In this document: piece by piece, positions 19,827 to 29,418 of the stretch
How the letters are laid out: the number at the start of each line of letters is the position of its first letter
How positions within the stretch are numbered: the first letter of the stretch is position 1
From: Spirochaetia bacterium
GTDB lineage: Bacteria; Spirochaetota; Spirochaetia; SZUA-6; Bin103
DNA: 64,000 bases
Direction: 5' to 3'
Assembly (NCBI GenBank): GCA_965203055.1
Contig: OZ241863.1
Coordinates: 3,968,001-4,032,000, forward strand
The notes under the pieces: model-generated
The model's input: only the letters and a program-made list of their open reading frames with translations
What the model was told of the DNA's origin: nothing
The model's database searches: none
Translations under genes and position numbers: made by a program

Positions 19827-20427
19827 ACGCCGTTTCGTGAGACCGACCGGCCAGCGCCGCTACCGCAAGATATTTGTCATAGCCGCTGAGGGAATCAAGA
19901 CCGAACCGAGTTACTTCGCCCTATTCAACGATCACTCGGTAATTCACGTGACCTGTCTGAAAGGCAACCAGGGGAGCGCCCCGGCGCAAGTATTGCAGCG
20001 CATGCAGCGATACCTGGAACGTGACGAAATCACGAAGCCTGACGAGGCGTGGATAGTTGTGGACAAGGACCAATGGACCGACAGGCAGTTGGCCGAGCTT
20101 CAACGGTGGTCCCAGGGAGCGGACAACCGCAATCTTGCCCTCAGCAATCCCAAATTCGAGTACTGGCTGCTGCTGCACTTCGAAGACGGCGCCGGAATTT
20201 CGTCATCACGAGAATGTTCTCGCCGACTGCGCCGGCATCTCCCAGACTATGACAAAGGTGTCGATCGCCGAAAGTTCACCCGAGACAAGATCGACAGTGC
20301 CATTGAGCGCGCGCAGGGGAGAGATTCCCCGCCGTGTAGAGACTGGCCGCGGGAGCCGTGGCGCACGACCGTCTACCGGCTGGTCCGCAACATCCTCAAG
20401 GCGCAAGCGGTATCGCAGCCGGCGTAA
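19813..20427 (+). CDS. rloB: RloB family (Toprim-like) protein
   Basis: IAAEGIKTEPSYF, WIVVDKD, LSNPKFEYWLLLHF, TTVYRLV; overlaps the end of rloA. Start TTG 19813 inferred. Confidence 0.85.
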   Translation: MARNRRRFVRPTGQRRYRKIFVIAAEGIKTEPSYFALFNDHSVIHVTCLKGNQGSAPAQVLQRMQRYLERDEITKPDEAWIVVDKDQWTDRQLAELQRWSQGADNRNLALSNPKFEYWLLLHFEDGAGISSSRECSRRLRRHLPDYDKGVDRRKFTRDKIDSAIERAQGRDSPPCRDWPREPWRTTVYRLVRNILKAQAVSQPA

Positions 20428-20478
20428 CAAGAGGCGAGCCGGGCAGTGATGTGCAATGCCGGACGGACCGCGGCTGCT

Positions 20479-21738
20479 TTAAGGGGACTTCGGCGGGTCG
20501 GCGGCTAGCCGGTAGAGGGCGAAGTTGCCCCAGCCGGGGCCGTGCTCGTCGGAGTCGGCGAACACCGCGAAGCCGCCGCCGCGCGCCGGCAGCACGAACT
20601 CGGCGGCGTTGTTGGCGTGCGGTGACCCGTAGCTCGCCTGCCATTGCACCGCCCCGGCCTCGGTCACCCGCACCACGTAGGCCCGCCAGGTGTTGAGCGG
20701 GTCGCCGGGCCGCGCCTCGTTGCCCGGCTCGACCCCGCTGCCGCAGGCGGTGATGAAGCCGCCGCCCGGCACCGACCGCACGCCGTAGCACTCCTCGAAC
20801 ATCCGCTCCGGCGCGCCGCCGTTCGGCTCGCCGAACGACACGTTCCAGAGTTCACGGCCCGCGGCGTCGACGCGCACCAGCCAGCCGTCCCAGCAGCCGC
20901 CGGGGCAGGCCGCCAGATGCCCGGCGAGGATGAAGCCGCCGTCCGGCGCGGCGTCGAAGTCGAAGGGGTGCGAAGTGCCGGCGCCGTAGGAAATCGGCGC
21001 GGCCATGTTGCCGTGCTCGTCGCTGAAGCCGAGGCAGAACGCCGTCTGCCCGGCGCGCCCGCGGCAGGCGCCGAACACGGCGTAGCCGGGCGCGTCGCTG
21101 CGCGGCAGCACCCGGAACGGCTGGAAGAACCGGGCGGCGGCGGCGCGCTCCCAGATCACGTTCAAGTCGGCGTCCAGCTTCATGATGAACCCGCGCCCGG
21201 TGTCGACCAGGAACGTGGCCAGCTCATCCTGCGCGGCGCCGCGGTAGCCGACCGCGACGATGGTGCCGTCAGGGTTCAGCGTGATGCCCTCGATGGCGCC
21301 GCGCCCCGCGGCGGGGTAGGTGCGCCGCGCCATGACCTCGCCGTCGGGGGCGAGGCGCAGCAGCACGCGCTCCTCCCGCACGGCGCCGGTTCCGGCGTCC
21401 CAGGAGCCGGCGACCAGAATGCCGCCGCCCGCTTCCTGCAGCACGAAGTTGCCCAGGTTGAAGCGCCCCGCTCCGTAGGAGCGCGCGAACCGGAGGGCGC
21501 CGCGCTCGTCGGTGCGCACCACGAAGATGCGGGCGCGCGCCTCATCGGAGGACTCGCCGACGATCACGTAGCCGCCGTCGGCGGTCTGCACTGCGGCGTG
21601 CGGATGCTCCTCGCTCTCCGCCCCGCCGTAGCCGTGCACCCACAGCACCTGCGGCCCGCCGCCGGGAGCGGCGGCGCCCCGGCCGGCCGTCAGCAGCAGC
21701 GCCAGCACCAGCGCGGCACGGCGCGCGGCGTTACCCAT
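20479..21738 (-). CDS. Secreted beta-propeller-like repeat protein
   Basis: Signal peptide; repeats of the type QTADGGYVIVG...LVRVD..G..LW..SFG. Confidence 0.7.
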   Translation of the reverse strand: MGNAARRAALVLALLLTAGRGAAAPGGGPQVLWVHGYGGAESEEHPHAAVQTADGGYVIVGESSDEARARIFVVRTDERGALRFARSYGAGRFNLGNFVLQEAGGGILVAGSWDAGTGAVREERVLLRLAPDGEVMARRTYPAAGRGAIEGITLNPDGTIVAVGYRGAAQDELATFLVDTGRGFIMKLDADLNVIWERAAAARFFQPFRVLPRSDAPGYAVFGACRGRAGQTAFCLGFSDEHGNMAAPISYGAGTSHPFDFDAAPDGGFILAGHLAACPGGCWDGWLVRVDAAGRELWNVSFGEPNGGAPERMFEECYGVRSVPGGGFITACGSGVEPGNEARPGDPLNTWRAYVVRVTEAGAVQWQASYGSPHANNAAEFVLPARGGGFAVFADSDEHGPGWGNFALYRLAADPPKSP

Positions 21739-21740
21739 CG

Positions 21741-22646
21741 TCAGCCCTTCACCGAGCCGAGCATGATGCCCTTGACGAAGTAGCGCTGCAGGAACGGGTA
21801 CACCGCCACGATCGGGCCCATCGACACGAACAACAGCGCCGCCTTCAGCGGCTCGGGCGTGATCATCCATATCTCATCCTCCGGCAGAATCTCCATCTGC
21901 GTCGTGACCTGATTCTCCAGCAGCACGCGCCGCAGCAGGACCTGGAGCACCGTGAGCCGCTTCTCCGGCGTGAAGATCAGCGGAAAGAACCAGTCGTTCC
22001 AGTGCGCCACCGCGGCCCACAGCGCCACGGTCGCCACTACCGGCGCGGACAGCGGCACGATGATGCGGAACAGCACCTGCAGCAGGCTGGCGCCGTCGAT
22101 GGTAGCGCTCTCGGTCATCTCCGCGGGGATCTCGCGGAAGAAGTTGCGCATGATGATGACGTAGTAGGCGTTGGCGGCCAGGTGCAGCAGCCACGCCAGG
22201 CGCGTATCGAGCAGGCCGAGCTGCTTGTACCACAGGAAGGTAGGGATCAGCCCGCCGGAGAAGAACATCGTGAACACCATGAGGAAGGTGAGCGTCCTGA
22301 TGCCGGGCAGGGTGCGGTCGGCGAGCCCGAACGCCGCGGTGAAGCTGACCAGCAGGATCAGTGCGGTACCGAGCGTGCTCTTGAAGATGGAGTTGAAGTA
22401 GGCGGTGCCGAGCGCCGCGCCGGCGAATACCTTGGCGTAGTTGTCCAGGGTGAATTCGCGCGGCCACAGCTTGATCCGATCCTGCACCGAGGCAGGCGGC
22501 GTATTGAACGAGTCCACCAGCAGATACCAGAAGGGGTAGAGGATCGAGGCAGTGAACAGGATCATCGCCGCGCCGGTGAACAGGCGCAGGGCGGCGGCCT
22601 CGAAGCTCATCGGCCGCCCGGGCAGCGCGCGCGCCGGGATGCTCAC
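21741..22646 (-). CDS. Carbohydrate ABC transporter permease (LplC/MalG-like)
   Basis: TMFFSGGLIP, ESATIDGAS, AVAHWNDWF, YPFLQRYFVKGIMLGSVKG; GTGA overlap. Confidence 0.92.
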   Translation of the reverse strand: MSIPARALPGRPMSFEAAALRLFTGAAMILFTASILYPFWYLLVDSFNTPPASVQDRIKLWPREFTLDNYAKVFAGAALGTAYFNSIFKSTLGTALILLVSFTAAFGLADRTLPGIRTLTFLMVFTMFFSGGLIPTFLWYKQLGLLDTRLAWLLHLAANAYYVIIMRNFFREIPAEMTESATIDGASLLQVLFRIIVPLSAPVVATVALWAAVAHWNDWFFPLIFTPEKRLTVLQVLLRRVLLENQVTTQMEILPEDEIWMITPEPLKAALLFVSMGPIVAVYPFLQRYFVKGIMLGSVKG

Positions 22647-23650
22647 GTCAGCGTGTAGGCGCCGGCCTGGCCGAGGCGCTTGATGAACCAGTTGGCGCCC
22701 ACCAGGGCGGCCAGCCCGATCACGTTCTGGAACAGGCCGACCGCGGTGGCGAAGCTGTAGCGGAAGTCCTGCAGTCCGACGCGGTACACGTAGGTGCCGA
22801 TGATGTCGCCGACATCGTACACCAGGGGATGGTAGAGGTTGAAGATCTGGTCGAACCCCAGCTCCAGGATGTTGCCGAGTTGCAGCAGGAACATGATCAC
22901 GATCACGAAGGTGATCGCGGGCAGGGTGATGAAGCGCATCTGCTGGAGGCGGCCGGCGCCGTCGATCTGCGCCGACTCGTACAGCGCCGGATCGATGCCG
23001 CTGATGGCGGCCAGGTAGATGATCGACCCCCAGCCCACCCCCTTCCAGACGTCGCTGACCAGCACGATGGCCAGGAAGGTGCCGGGCCGCTGCAGGAACA
23101 GGATCGGCGTCTCCAGCCCGGCTGCCGCGGCCAGCAGGTTGAGCGGGCCGGTGCTGGCCGCCAGCGGACGGATCAGGCTGGCCACCACCACCCAGGAGAG
23201 GAAGTGCGGCAGGTAGCTGACGGTCTGCACCACGCGCTTGAAGCGCAGGTTGGCTACCTCGTTGAGCAGCAGGGCGAAGACGATGGGCATGAAGAAGGCG
23301 ATGCCCATGCGCAGCACGCCGTTGATGAACAGGGTGTTGCGCAGCACGCGGAAGAAGTCGGGCGACTGGAACAGGCGCTCGAAGAACTTCCAGCCGGCCC
23401 ACGGGCTGCCGAACAGGCCGCCGGTCACGGTGAACTGCTTCCAGGCCAGCACGATGCCCGCCATCGGCACGTAGCGGAACACCAGGAACAGCGCCAGCGC
23501 CGGGATCAGCAGCAGGTAGCGTTCCTTGTACTTGAGCAGGTTGGCCGCCCGCGGGCCGCAGGCCCGCGGGCGGCCCGCGGGCGCGGGCCGCCGCGGCGCC
23601 GCCTCGGGTACCGCCTGTCCGTGCCGCAACACCGCCGCCGAGTGTCGCAT
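22643..23650 (-). CDS. Carbohydrate ABC transporter permease (LplB-like)
   Basis: YVPMAGIVLAWK, VQTVSYLPHFLSWVV, LYESAQIDGA, ATAVGLFQ. Start uncertain. Confidence 0.9.
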   Translation of the reverse strand: MRHSAAVLRHGQAVPEAAPRRPAPAGRPRACGPRAANLLKYKERYLLLIPALALFLVFRYVPMAGIVLAWKQFTVTGGLFGSPWAGWKFFERLFQSPDFFRVLRNTLFINGVLRMGIAFFMPIVFALLLNEVANLRFKRVVQTVSYLPHFLSWVVVASLIRPLAASTGPLNLLAAAAGLETPILFLQRPGTFLAIVLVSDVWKGVGWGSIIYLAAISGIDPALYESAQIDGAGRLQQMRFITLPAITFVIVIMFLLQLGNILELGFDQIFNLYHPLVYDVGDIIGTYVYRVGLQDFRYSFATAVGLFQNVIGLAALVGANWFIKRLGQAGAYTLT

Positions 23651-23674
23651 GCCGCCCCTGCCGCCGCAACACCG

Positions 23675-23923
23675 GAGCCGCAGGATGGCGTCGTCCTCGC
23701 CGGCGGGAAAGTCGGGCCGCTTGCGCAGCTCCGGCAGCAGTTCCCGCAGGCGCTCCATGAAGTACGCGCGCCGCGCGGCGTCGGACGCGAACGTCATTCC
23801 CAGGCACTCGACCGGTTCGGGCGTCATCGGCTGTTCGTCGAACAGGCGTCCGCTGCCGGCCGTGCCGGGGACGACCTCGGTACGGAAGATCCGGTCCTGC
23901 GCGCCGGCGTGCCGCTCAGCCAT
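23675..23923 (-). pseudogene. N-terminal remnant of a large DNA methyltransferase (BREX type 3 PglXI-like start)
   Basis: PVECLGMTFASDAARRAYFMERLRE..PELRKRPDFPAGEDDAILRL matches the remembered N-terminus of that family, then breaks off. Confidence 0.55.
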
Positions 23924-23971
23924 ACCGACCGCTGGAGAACTGCGGGGTGACCGAGATCCTCGGGCGTGTCG

Positions 23972-24229
23972 TCAGGTCCCGTCGCCGCCTGCCGCGGCCG
24001 CGCCGTTGGGTTGGCTCTTGAGCTTCTGATACTCCTGCTCGTCGATCCCGGTCGCCCGCTCGATCATCGACCAGTCGACGCCGGCCCGCAGGAAACCGTC
24101 GATCGTCTCCAGACGGCCTTCGCGTTGGCCTTCGCTCCGGCCTTCGCGATGTCGCTGTTCGGCAACCGCTCGCATCTCGTCACGCATCTGGTCGCGCCCT
24201 TCCTGGCGCAGCCGCTCGCCGCTCGTCAT
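23972..24229 (-). CDS. Probable internally initiated short Rpn C-terminal protein (RpnS-like, 85 aa)
   Basis: In-frame ATG at 24229 preceded by AGGAGG (24237-24242) at 7-nt spacing. Confidence 0.6.
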   Translation of the reverse strand: MTSGERLRQEGRDQMRDEMRAVAEQRHREGRSEGQREGRLETIDGFLRAGVDWSMIERATGIDEQEYQKLKSQPNGAAAAGGDGT

Positions 24230-24976
24230 CAACTCTCCTCCTGCCGCCGTGTGGCTCAGTATATCGCCCATCGCCTCGGACGTGTCTTCAGGTCCCGTCT
24301 CCGCGATATAGTGCATGAACATCTTCATGTCGTCCTGCCCGCCGCTCCCTTCCCGCTCCAAGTCGTCGAACAGCGGCCGCATCCGCGCCCGCGCCTCCCG
24401 CACGGCGCGGTTGAAGGCGTGCATCATCGTCAGTTGCAGCAACCGCGCCCGGACGCTGCCGGCCGCCTGCGCCGGCGACATCTGAGTCTGGTCGAACAGC
24501 AGGTGCTCGAACCGGGGCAGCCACGGCCAGTCCCGCGTTGCGGCCGGAAACAGGTCAGCGAACTGCGGGGAATGCTGCCAGCCGGTGGGACCCTGGTAGA
24601 ACACCAGCGGCAGGATCGGGCGCAGGTAGCCGGCATCCTTGTGGACTTGGCGGTCGTGCTCCCAGATGCCGCAGCAGTAGCCGAGGAGGCGCAGGCGCAG
24701 CCAGTAGTCCGGGGTGGACTGATGCTCGAACAGCAGGTAGAGCCAGAGCGGAGCCTGCGCGGCGCCGGGTGCGGCGTAACCGATCTCGAACAGCAGGTCG
24801 GAAGCGGTGCCGCGGAGGTCCGGGGCAACGAAGGAAGCAGGGAGCCGCTTGAGCGTGGGCCAGTGCAGGGAGTGGCTGAGCGACGCGGGCAGCCGGGCTT
24901 GCAGGAATGACGCGGCTTCTGCCGGGGCGCCGAACACGCGCTTGAACAGACGGTCGTGGGGCTGATGGATGGCCAT
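23972..24976 (-). CDS. Rpn family recombination-promoting nuclease (YhgA-like, PD-(D/E)xK)
   Basis: PHDRLFK, SDLLF, LYLLFEHQS, LRLLGY, PILPLVFYQG, MTSGERLRQEGR, EGR.EG repeats. Confidence 0.92.
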   Translation of the reverse strand: MAIHQPHDRLFKRVFGAPAEAASFLQARLPASLSHSLHWPTLKRLPASFVAPDLRGTASDLLFEIGYAAPGAAQAPLWLYLLFEHQSTPDYWLRLRLLGYCCGIWEHDRQVHKDAGYLRPILPLVFYQGPTGWQHSPQFADLFPAATRDWPWLPRFEHLLFDQTQMSPAQAAGSVRARLLQLTMMHAFNRAVREARARMRPLFDDLEREGSGGQDDMKMFMHYIAETGPEDTSEAMGDILSHTAAGGELMTSGERLRQEGRDQMRDEMRAVAEQRHREGRSEGQREGRLETIDGFLRAGVDWSMIERATGIDEQEYQKLKSQPNGAAAAGGDGT

Positions 24977-25067
24977 GTCCCATACAACGGGCCGGACGTC
25001 CGTGGCGCTTCAACGCACGGTCACGGAAACTTGCCGGCATCCTCTACGCCCAGGAACTGGCCGGGCG

Positions 25068-25089
25068 GCTAAGCTAAGCTAAGCTAAGC
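25068..25089. repeat. Pentanucleotide simple sequence repeat (GCTAA)4-GC
   Basis: gctaagctaagctaagctaagc between the permease stop and the rpn start. Confidence 0.9.
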
Positions 25090-25099
25090 CAAGGTCGCG

Positions 25100-26215
25100 C
25101 TATTGCTTGTACGGGTCGGCGGCGTCGCGCAGCCCGTCGCCGAGGAAGTTGAAGGCCAGCACTACCACCACCACGAACAGGCCGGGCATCAGCAGCCACG
25201 GGTTCTGCACCACGGTGCGCACGTTCTGGGCTTCCTTCAGCAGTGACCCCCAACTTACCGCCGGAGGCCGGATCCCCAGGCCCAGAAAGCTCAGCGAGGT
25301 TTCCGCCAGGATCATGCCGGGAATCGACAGGGTCAGGCTCACGATCAGGTAGCTCATGAAGGAGGGCAGCAGGTGGCGGCCGATGATGTGCGCCTCGCCG
25401 GTGCCGCTGATCTTGGCCGCCATGACGAACTCCTCCTCGCGCAGCTCCAGCAGCCGGCCGCGCACCACGCGCGCCAGCCCGGTCCAGCCGACGATCGAGA
25501 GGATGATCGTGATGCCGAAGTAGACGCGAATGGGCGGCCACAATGGCGGCAGCGCCGCGCTCAGCGCCATCCACAACGGGATCGTCGGGATGGCAATGAG
25601 AAACTCGACGAGGCGCTGGATCAGCGCGTCGGCCGTGCCGCCGTAGTAACCGGAGATGCCGCCCAGAATGCAGCCGAGGACGAAGCTGATCGCCACCCCC
25701 ACCAGACCGATGGTGAGCGAAATGCGGGCCGCGTACACTACCCGCGAGAACACGTCCCGGCCCAGCTTGTCGGTGCCGAACAGGAACAGGACGCCGCCCT
25801 CGACGCCGAACAGATGGAGGTCGGAGGGGAACGTGTTCCACAGCTTGTACTCGACGCCGCGCACGAAGAACCGGAGCGGATGGAGAACCGTCTCGTCGTC
25901 CTGATAGCGCCAGCGCAGCGTGACCGGATCGCGTTCCGGCTTCAACCCGTAGACGAACGGGCGGAAGTGAAACCTGCCGCCGGCATCCAGGAAGCGAAGC
26001 AACTGCGGGCGGGCGAACGTGTAGTCGGGATGGCGCGTCGCGGTGTCGTACGGCGCGACGAACTCGCAGAACAGCGCGCCCAGGTAGAACACCAGCAGGA
26101 AGCCGCCGCCGAACAGGGCCAGCTTGTGGCGCTTGAGCTTGCGCCACATGAGCTGCCACTGCGACGCGATGTACTCGCGTTCCTTGAGATCGATTTCCTG
26201 CTCGCGGGCGCGCAT
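25100..26215 (-). CDS. Peptide-type ABC transporter permease (DppC-like)
   Basis: ASQWQLMWRK, FGTDKLGRD, LAETSLSFLGLG, GDGLRDAADPY. Confidence 0.92.
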   Translation of the reverse strand: MRAREQEIDLKEREYIASQWQLMWRKLKRHKLALFGGGFLLVFYLGALFCEFVAPYDTATRHPDYTFARPQLLRFLDAGGRFHFRPFVYGLKPERDPVTLRWRYQDDETVLHPLRFFVRGVEYKLWNTFPSDLHLFGVEGGVLFLFGTDKLGRDVFSRVVYAARISLTIGLVGVAISFVLGCILGGISGYYGGTADALIQRLVEFLIAIPTIPLWMALSAALPPLWPPIRVYFGITIILSIVGWTGLARVVRGRLLELREEEFVMAAKISGTGEAHIIGRHLLPSFMSYLIVSLTLSIPGMILAETSLSFLGLGIRPPAVSWGSLLKEAQNVRTVVQNPWLLMPGLFVVVVVLAFNFLGDGLRDAADPYKQ

Positions 26216-26217
26216 CG

Positions 26218-27213
26218 TCAGGCCGCTTTGCTCTCATAGCGGATGCGCGGGTCGATCCACACCAGCATGAGGTCGGACAGCAGCGTGCCGATCACGGTCA
26301 GGAAGGTGAGAAACATCACCGTGCTGCCGGCCAGATAGGTGTCCTGCGAGATGAGCGCGCGGAACAGCAGCGGCCCGGTGGTGGGCAGGCTCAGCACGAT
26401 GGCGGTAATCGTCTCGCCGGACACGATGCCCGGCAGGATCCAGCCGATGGTGCTGATGATCGGATTGACCGCGATTCTGACCGGATACTTGAACAGCAGC
26501 GTGGGCTCGGCGACGCCCTTGGCGCGGGCGGTAATGACGTACTGCTTGCTCAGTTCGTCGAGCAGGCCGCCGCGCATGACGCGGATCAGCCCGGCCGTCC
26601 CCGCGGTGCCGATCACCACGATCGGCACCGGCAGATGCTTGAGCATGTCCCATACCTTGGCCACGCTCCACGGCGCCAACTGGTACTCCAGCGAGAACAG
26701 GCCGCCCGGACTGATGCCGAAGAACCGCGACAGGATCAGCATCAGGATCAGCGCGAGGAGAAAGTTGGGCGTCGCCAGGCCGGCGAATCCGACCACCGTA
26801 AAGGCGTAGTCGCCGAGCGAATACTGGTGGGTGGCGGAATAGATGCCGATCGGGATCGACACCACGTACACGAACACCAGCGTGACCATCGAGATGGCGA
26901 CGGTGAGCGGCAGCCGCTCGGCGAGCAGCGCGCTGACCGGCTGATTCATCTCGAACGAGCGGCCCAGGTCGCCTTGCAGCATGTTCCACACCCACTTGAG
27001 GTATTGCAGGTGCGGCGGCAGGTCGAGCCCGTACTGCCGCTCCAGGGACCGGATCCGTTCCTCGTCGACATTGATGCCGCGCGCTCTGAGGTTCTCCAGC
27101 ATGGTGGTCAGATAGTCGCCCGGCGGGAGCTGAATGATGATGAACGCGACCACCGACACGGCGATCATCACCACGACCATGACCGCCAGGCGGCGCCCGA
27201 GGTAGGACAGCAC
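26218..27213 (-). CDS. Peptide-type ABC transporter permease (DppB-like)
   Basis: IIQLPPGDY, ATPNFLL, YVITARAKG, DPRIRY. Confidence 0.92.
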   Translation of the reverse strand: MLSYLGRRLAVMVVVMIAVSVVAFIIIQLPPGDYLTTMLENLRARGINVDEERIRSLERQYGLDLPPHLQYLKWVWNMLQGDLGRSFEMNQPVSALLAERLPLTVAISMVTLVFVYVVSIPIGIYSATHQYSLGDYAFTVVGFAGLATPNFLLALILMLILSRFFGISPGGLFSLEYQLAPWSVAKVWDMLKHLPVPIVVIGTAGTAGLIRVMRGGLLDELSKQYVITARAKGVAEPTLLFKYPVRIAVNPIISTIGWILPGIVSGETITAIVLSLPTTGPLLFRALISQDTYLAGSTVMFLTFLTVIGTLLSDLMLVWIDPRIRYESKAA

Positions 27214-27348
27214 GACCGGGGCCGCGCTAGCGGAGGGGGCGGGTCAGGCGCCCGGCCGCCGGCGGCGCCGGCGGGGCGCGAAGCGAGCGGCAGCGGGGGG
27301 CGCTGCGGTCACCCCCCGTCCGCTCATCCAGATGTTGCGGCGTCCCCG

Positions 27349-29334
27349 TTACTTCTTCCAGAAGAACTGCTGCGCCTCGTAGTACAGCTCCAGGCCGTGC
27401 TCGGCGTCGGCGCCGAAGCGGTCGGGAATGTTGCGCAGGTCGTTGTCCACGATATGCAGCTTGGGGGCCAAGCCGATGGTGCCCAGGTGATAGAGATACT
27501 CGGCGTTGTAGTCGTAGATCTCCTGCATCAGCACCTTGTACTCCTCCGAACCCAACGGGAACGAGGTCGCCTCCTCCACCCGGTAGTACTGCTCCTTGAC
27601 GTGCTCCGGCGGTTCCTCGCCCGGGAACATGCCATCCTCGAAGTCGGCCATCGTCTTGGTGCCCCGGTAGTTCACGTCGCGGTCGGCGTTCATCCAGGTC
27701 GCCCAGGCGGGCGCTTCCTTGACGCCGTGCACGCGCGGCCGGAACGGCTCGACCAGGAACGCGATCTCGCCCACCGTCTGGTAGGGGTGCACCATCAGCA
27801 TGTGGTCGAGCGCCCGGGTGCGCTCGCCGAACAGCGCCCATGCCAGCTCGCCCTTGATCAGGATCTTGAGGCCCACGTCCTCCCAGTACTCCTTCATCAG
27901 CTCGAACATGGTGGGGTCGGGGAACGACTCCGGGTACTCCAGCAGCAGCACCAGCGTCTCGCCGTCGGGGCCGAGCCGGAAGCCGTCCGCATCGCGCGCC
28001 GTCAGACCGATGGCGTCGAGCAGCTCGCTCGCCGTGTCGGGGTCGTACGCCAGGAACGGGTGCGCTTCGCCCCACTCCGGCTTGTAGAAGCTGGCGTTGG
28101 GCAGCGTGGTCGCCTGCCGCGGGGTGCCGAGGCCGAAGTAGACGGTCTCGTTGATCTCCTCGCGGTCGATGGCCGCGGACAGGGCGCGCCGGAAGCGCAC
28201 GTCGTTGAAGATCTCGCTCAGCGCCGGATCGGGGTAGTTCTGGTTGATGCTGAACGCCGCCTCGGAGGCGTTGACCCCCGGCACTGCGATCACCCGGTAC
28301 CCGCCGGACTGCTCGTTCTCCTTGTACAGCGAGTAGTTCTCCATGCTGGTCAAGGCCACGGCGATGTCCGACTCGCCGGACATGATCTTCGCCTGGTACA
28401 CCTCCTTGTTGACCGCGGTCACCACCACGTCGTCGACGTAGGGCAGCTGGTTGCCCGCCGGGTCCACCTGATAGAAGTAGGGGTTGCGCTGGAAGTACTT
28501 CACCGTCGCCGTCTGATTCTCGAACTTCCACGGCATCGTGGTCGGCTGATCGGTGTCGGTGGTGGGATAGAAGATCTGGTGGCTGTTGAACGCCTCCCAC
28601 CAGGAGTCGAAGCCTTCCTCCTTGGCGAGCTGTCCGGCGTCGTCGTTGTACTTGATGTGCCACTTCTTCAGGTAGTGCTTGGGCGCGTAGGAGGCGATCT
28701 CGCCACCCGGCCAGGTGACCATCACCACCGGCAGCACCGGATAGGGATTGTCCATCTCGAACTGCACGGTGTAATCGTCGATCTTGCGGATGCGGTTCAC
28801 CCGTCCGTACAGGTTCCAGGTGCTGACCTCGTCGTTCCAGTGCATGTCCTCGAACATGAAGAGGATGTCGTCGGCGGTGAAGGGATGGCCGTCCGACCAC
28901 TTCGCGCCCGGCCTGAGCTGCAGCGTCATGCTCTTGCCGTCGGCGGCCAGCTCGTAGCCCATGGCGAGATCGGGCACGATCTCGTTGTCCGCGGTGATGT
29001 CGAGCAGGAACGAACTGCCGCCGATCACCTCGCCCATGTCGTTCCAGGAATCCATGTTGATGGCGAAGGCGTTGATGGTGCCGCCGTACTGGCCGATCTC
29101 CTCGACCACATCCTTCACCTTGGGGTCGTCCGGCAGCCGTTCGTCCACCGGCGGCAACTCGCCGGCGGCGACCAGCGCGGCGAGCATCGGCGCCTCGTTA
29201 TACCCCCCCCCTCCAACGCTCATCATCTCGGTCTCGGCGGCCGCGGAGGTCGATCCCTCCTCGGTGCCGCCGGCCACCGCGAACGCCGCGGCGATCAGCG
29301 AAAATGCCAAGCCCATAGCCAGCGATTTTCTCAT
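27349..29334 (-). CDS. ABC transporter substrate-binding protein, family 5
   Basis: Start MRKSLAMG after GAAGGAG; NEAPMLAALV..GELPPVDERLP, WSDGHPFTADD, RNPYFYQVD..GNQLPY. Confidence 0.92.
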   Translation of the reverse strand: MRKSLAMGLAFSLIAAAFAVAGGTEEGSTSAAAETEMMSVGGGGYNEAPMLAALVAAGELPPVDERLPDDPKVKDVVEEIGQYGGTINAFAINMDSWNDMGEVIGGSSFLLDITADNEIVPDLAMGYELAADGKSMTLQLRPGAKWSDGHPFTADDILFMFEDMHWNDEVSTWNLYGRVNRIRKIDDYTVQFEMDNPYPVLPVVMVTWPGGEIASYAPKHYLKKWHIKYNDDAGQLAKEEGFDSWWEAFNSHQIFYPTTDTDQPTTMPWKFENQTATVKYFQRNPYFYQVDPAGNQLPYVDDVVVTAVNKEVYQAKIMSGESDIAVALTSMENYSLYKENEQSGGYRVIAVPGVNASEAAFSINQNYPDPALSEIFNDVRFRRALSAAIDREEINETVYFGLGTPRQATTLPNASFYKPEWGEAHPFLAYDPDTASELLDAIGLTARDADGFRLGPDGETLVLLLEYPESFPDPTMFELMKEYWEDVGLKILIKGELAWALFGERTRALDHMLMVHPYQTVGEIAFLVEPFRPRVHGVKEAPAWATWMNADRDVNYRGTKTMADFEDGMFPGEEPPEHVKEQYYRVEEATSFPLGSEEYKVLMQEIYDYNAEYLYHLGTIGLAPKLHIVDNDLRNIPDRFGADAEHGLELYYEAQQFFWKK

Positions 29335-29388
29335 CACGATCACTCCTTCTTGTTGCTGCTCATGCGCAACGCTGCAATCTGGCTTTGC

Positions 29389-29418
29389 ATGGTAGAGCCG
29401 CCCCCGGCCGGCTGTCAA
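29389..29418 (-). promoter_or_regulatory. Sigma70-like promoter of the solute-binding protein operon
   Basis: TTGACA-18 nt-TACCAT. Confidence 0.6.

Noticed and set aside
23972..24976. rpn as an IS transposase
   Set aside because: No terminal inverted repeats or target duplication seen; the family is not known to transpose.
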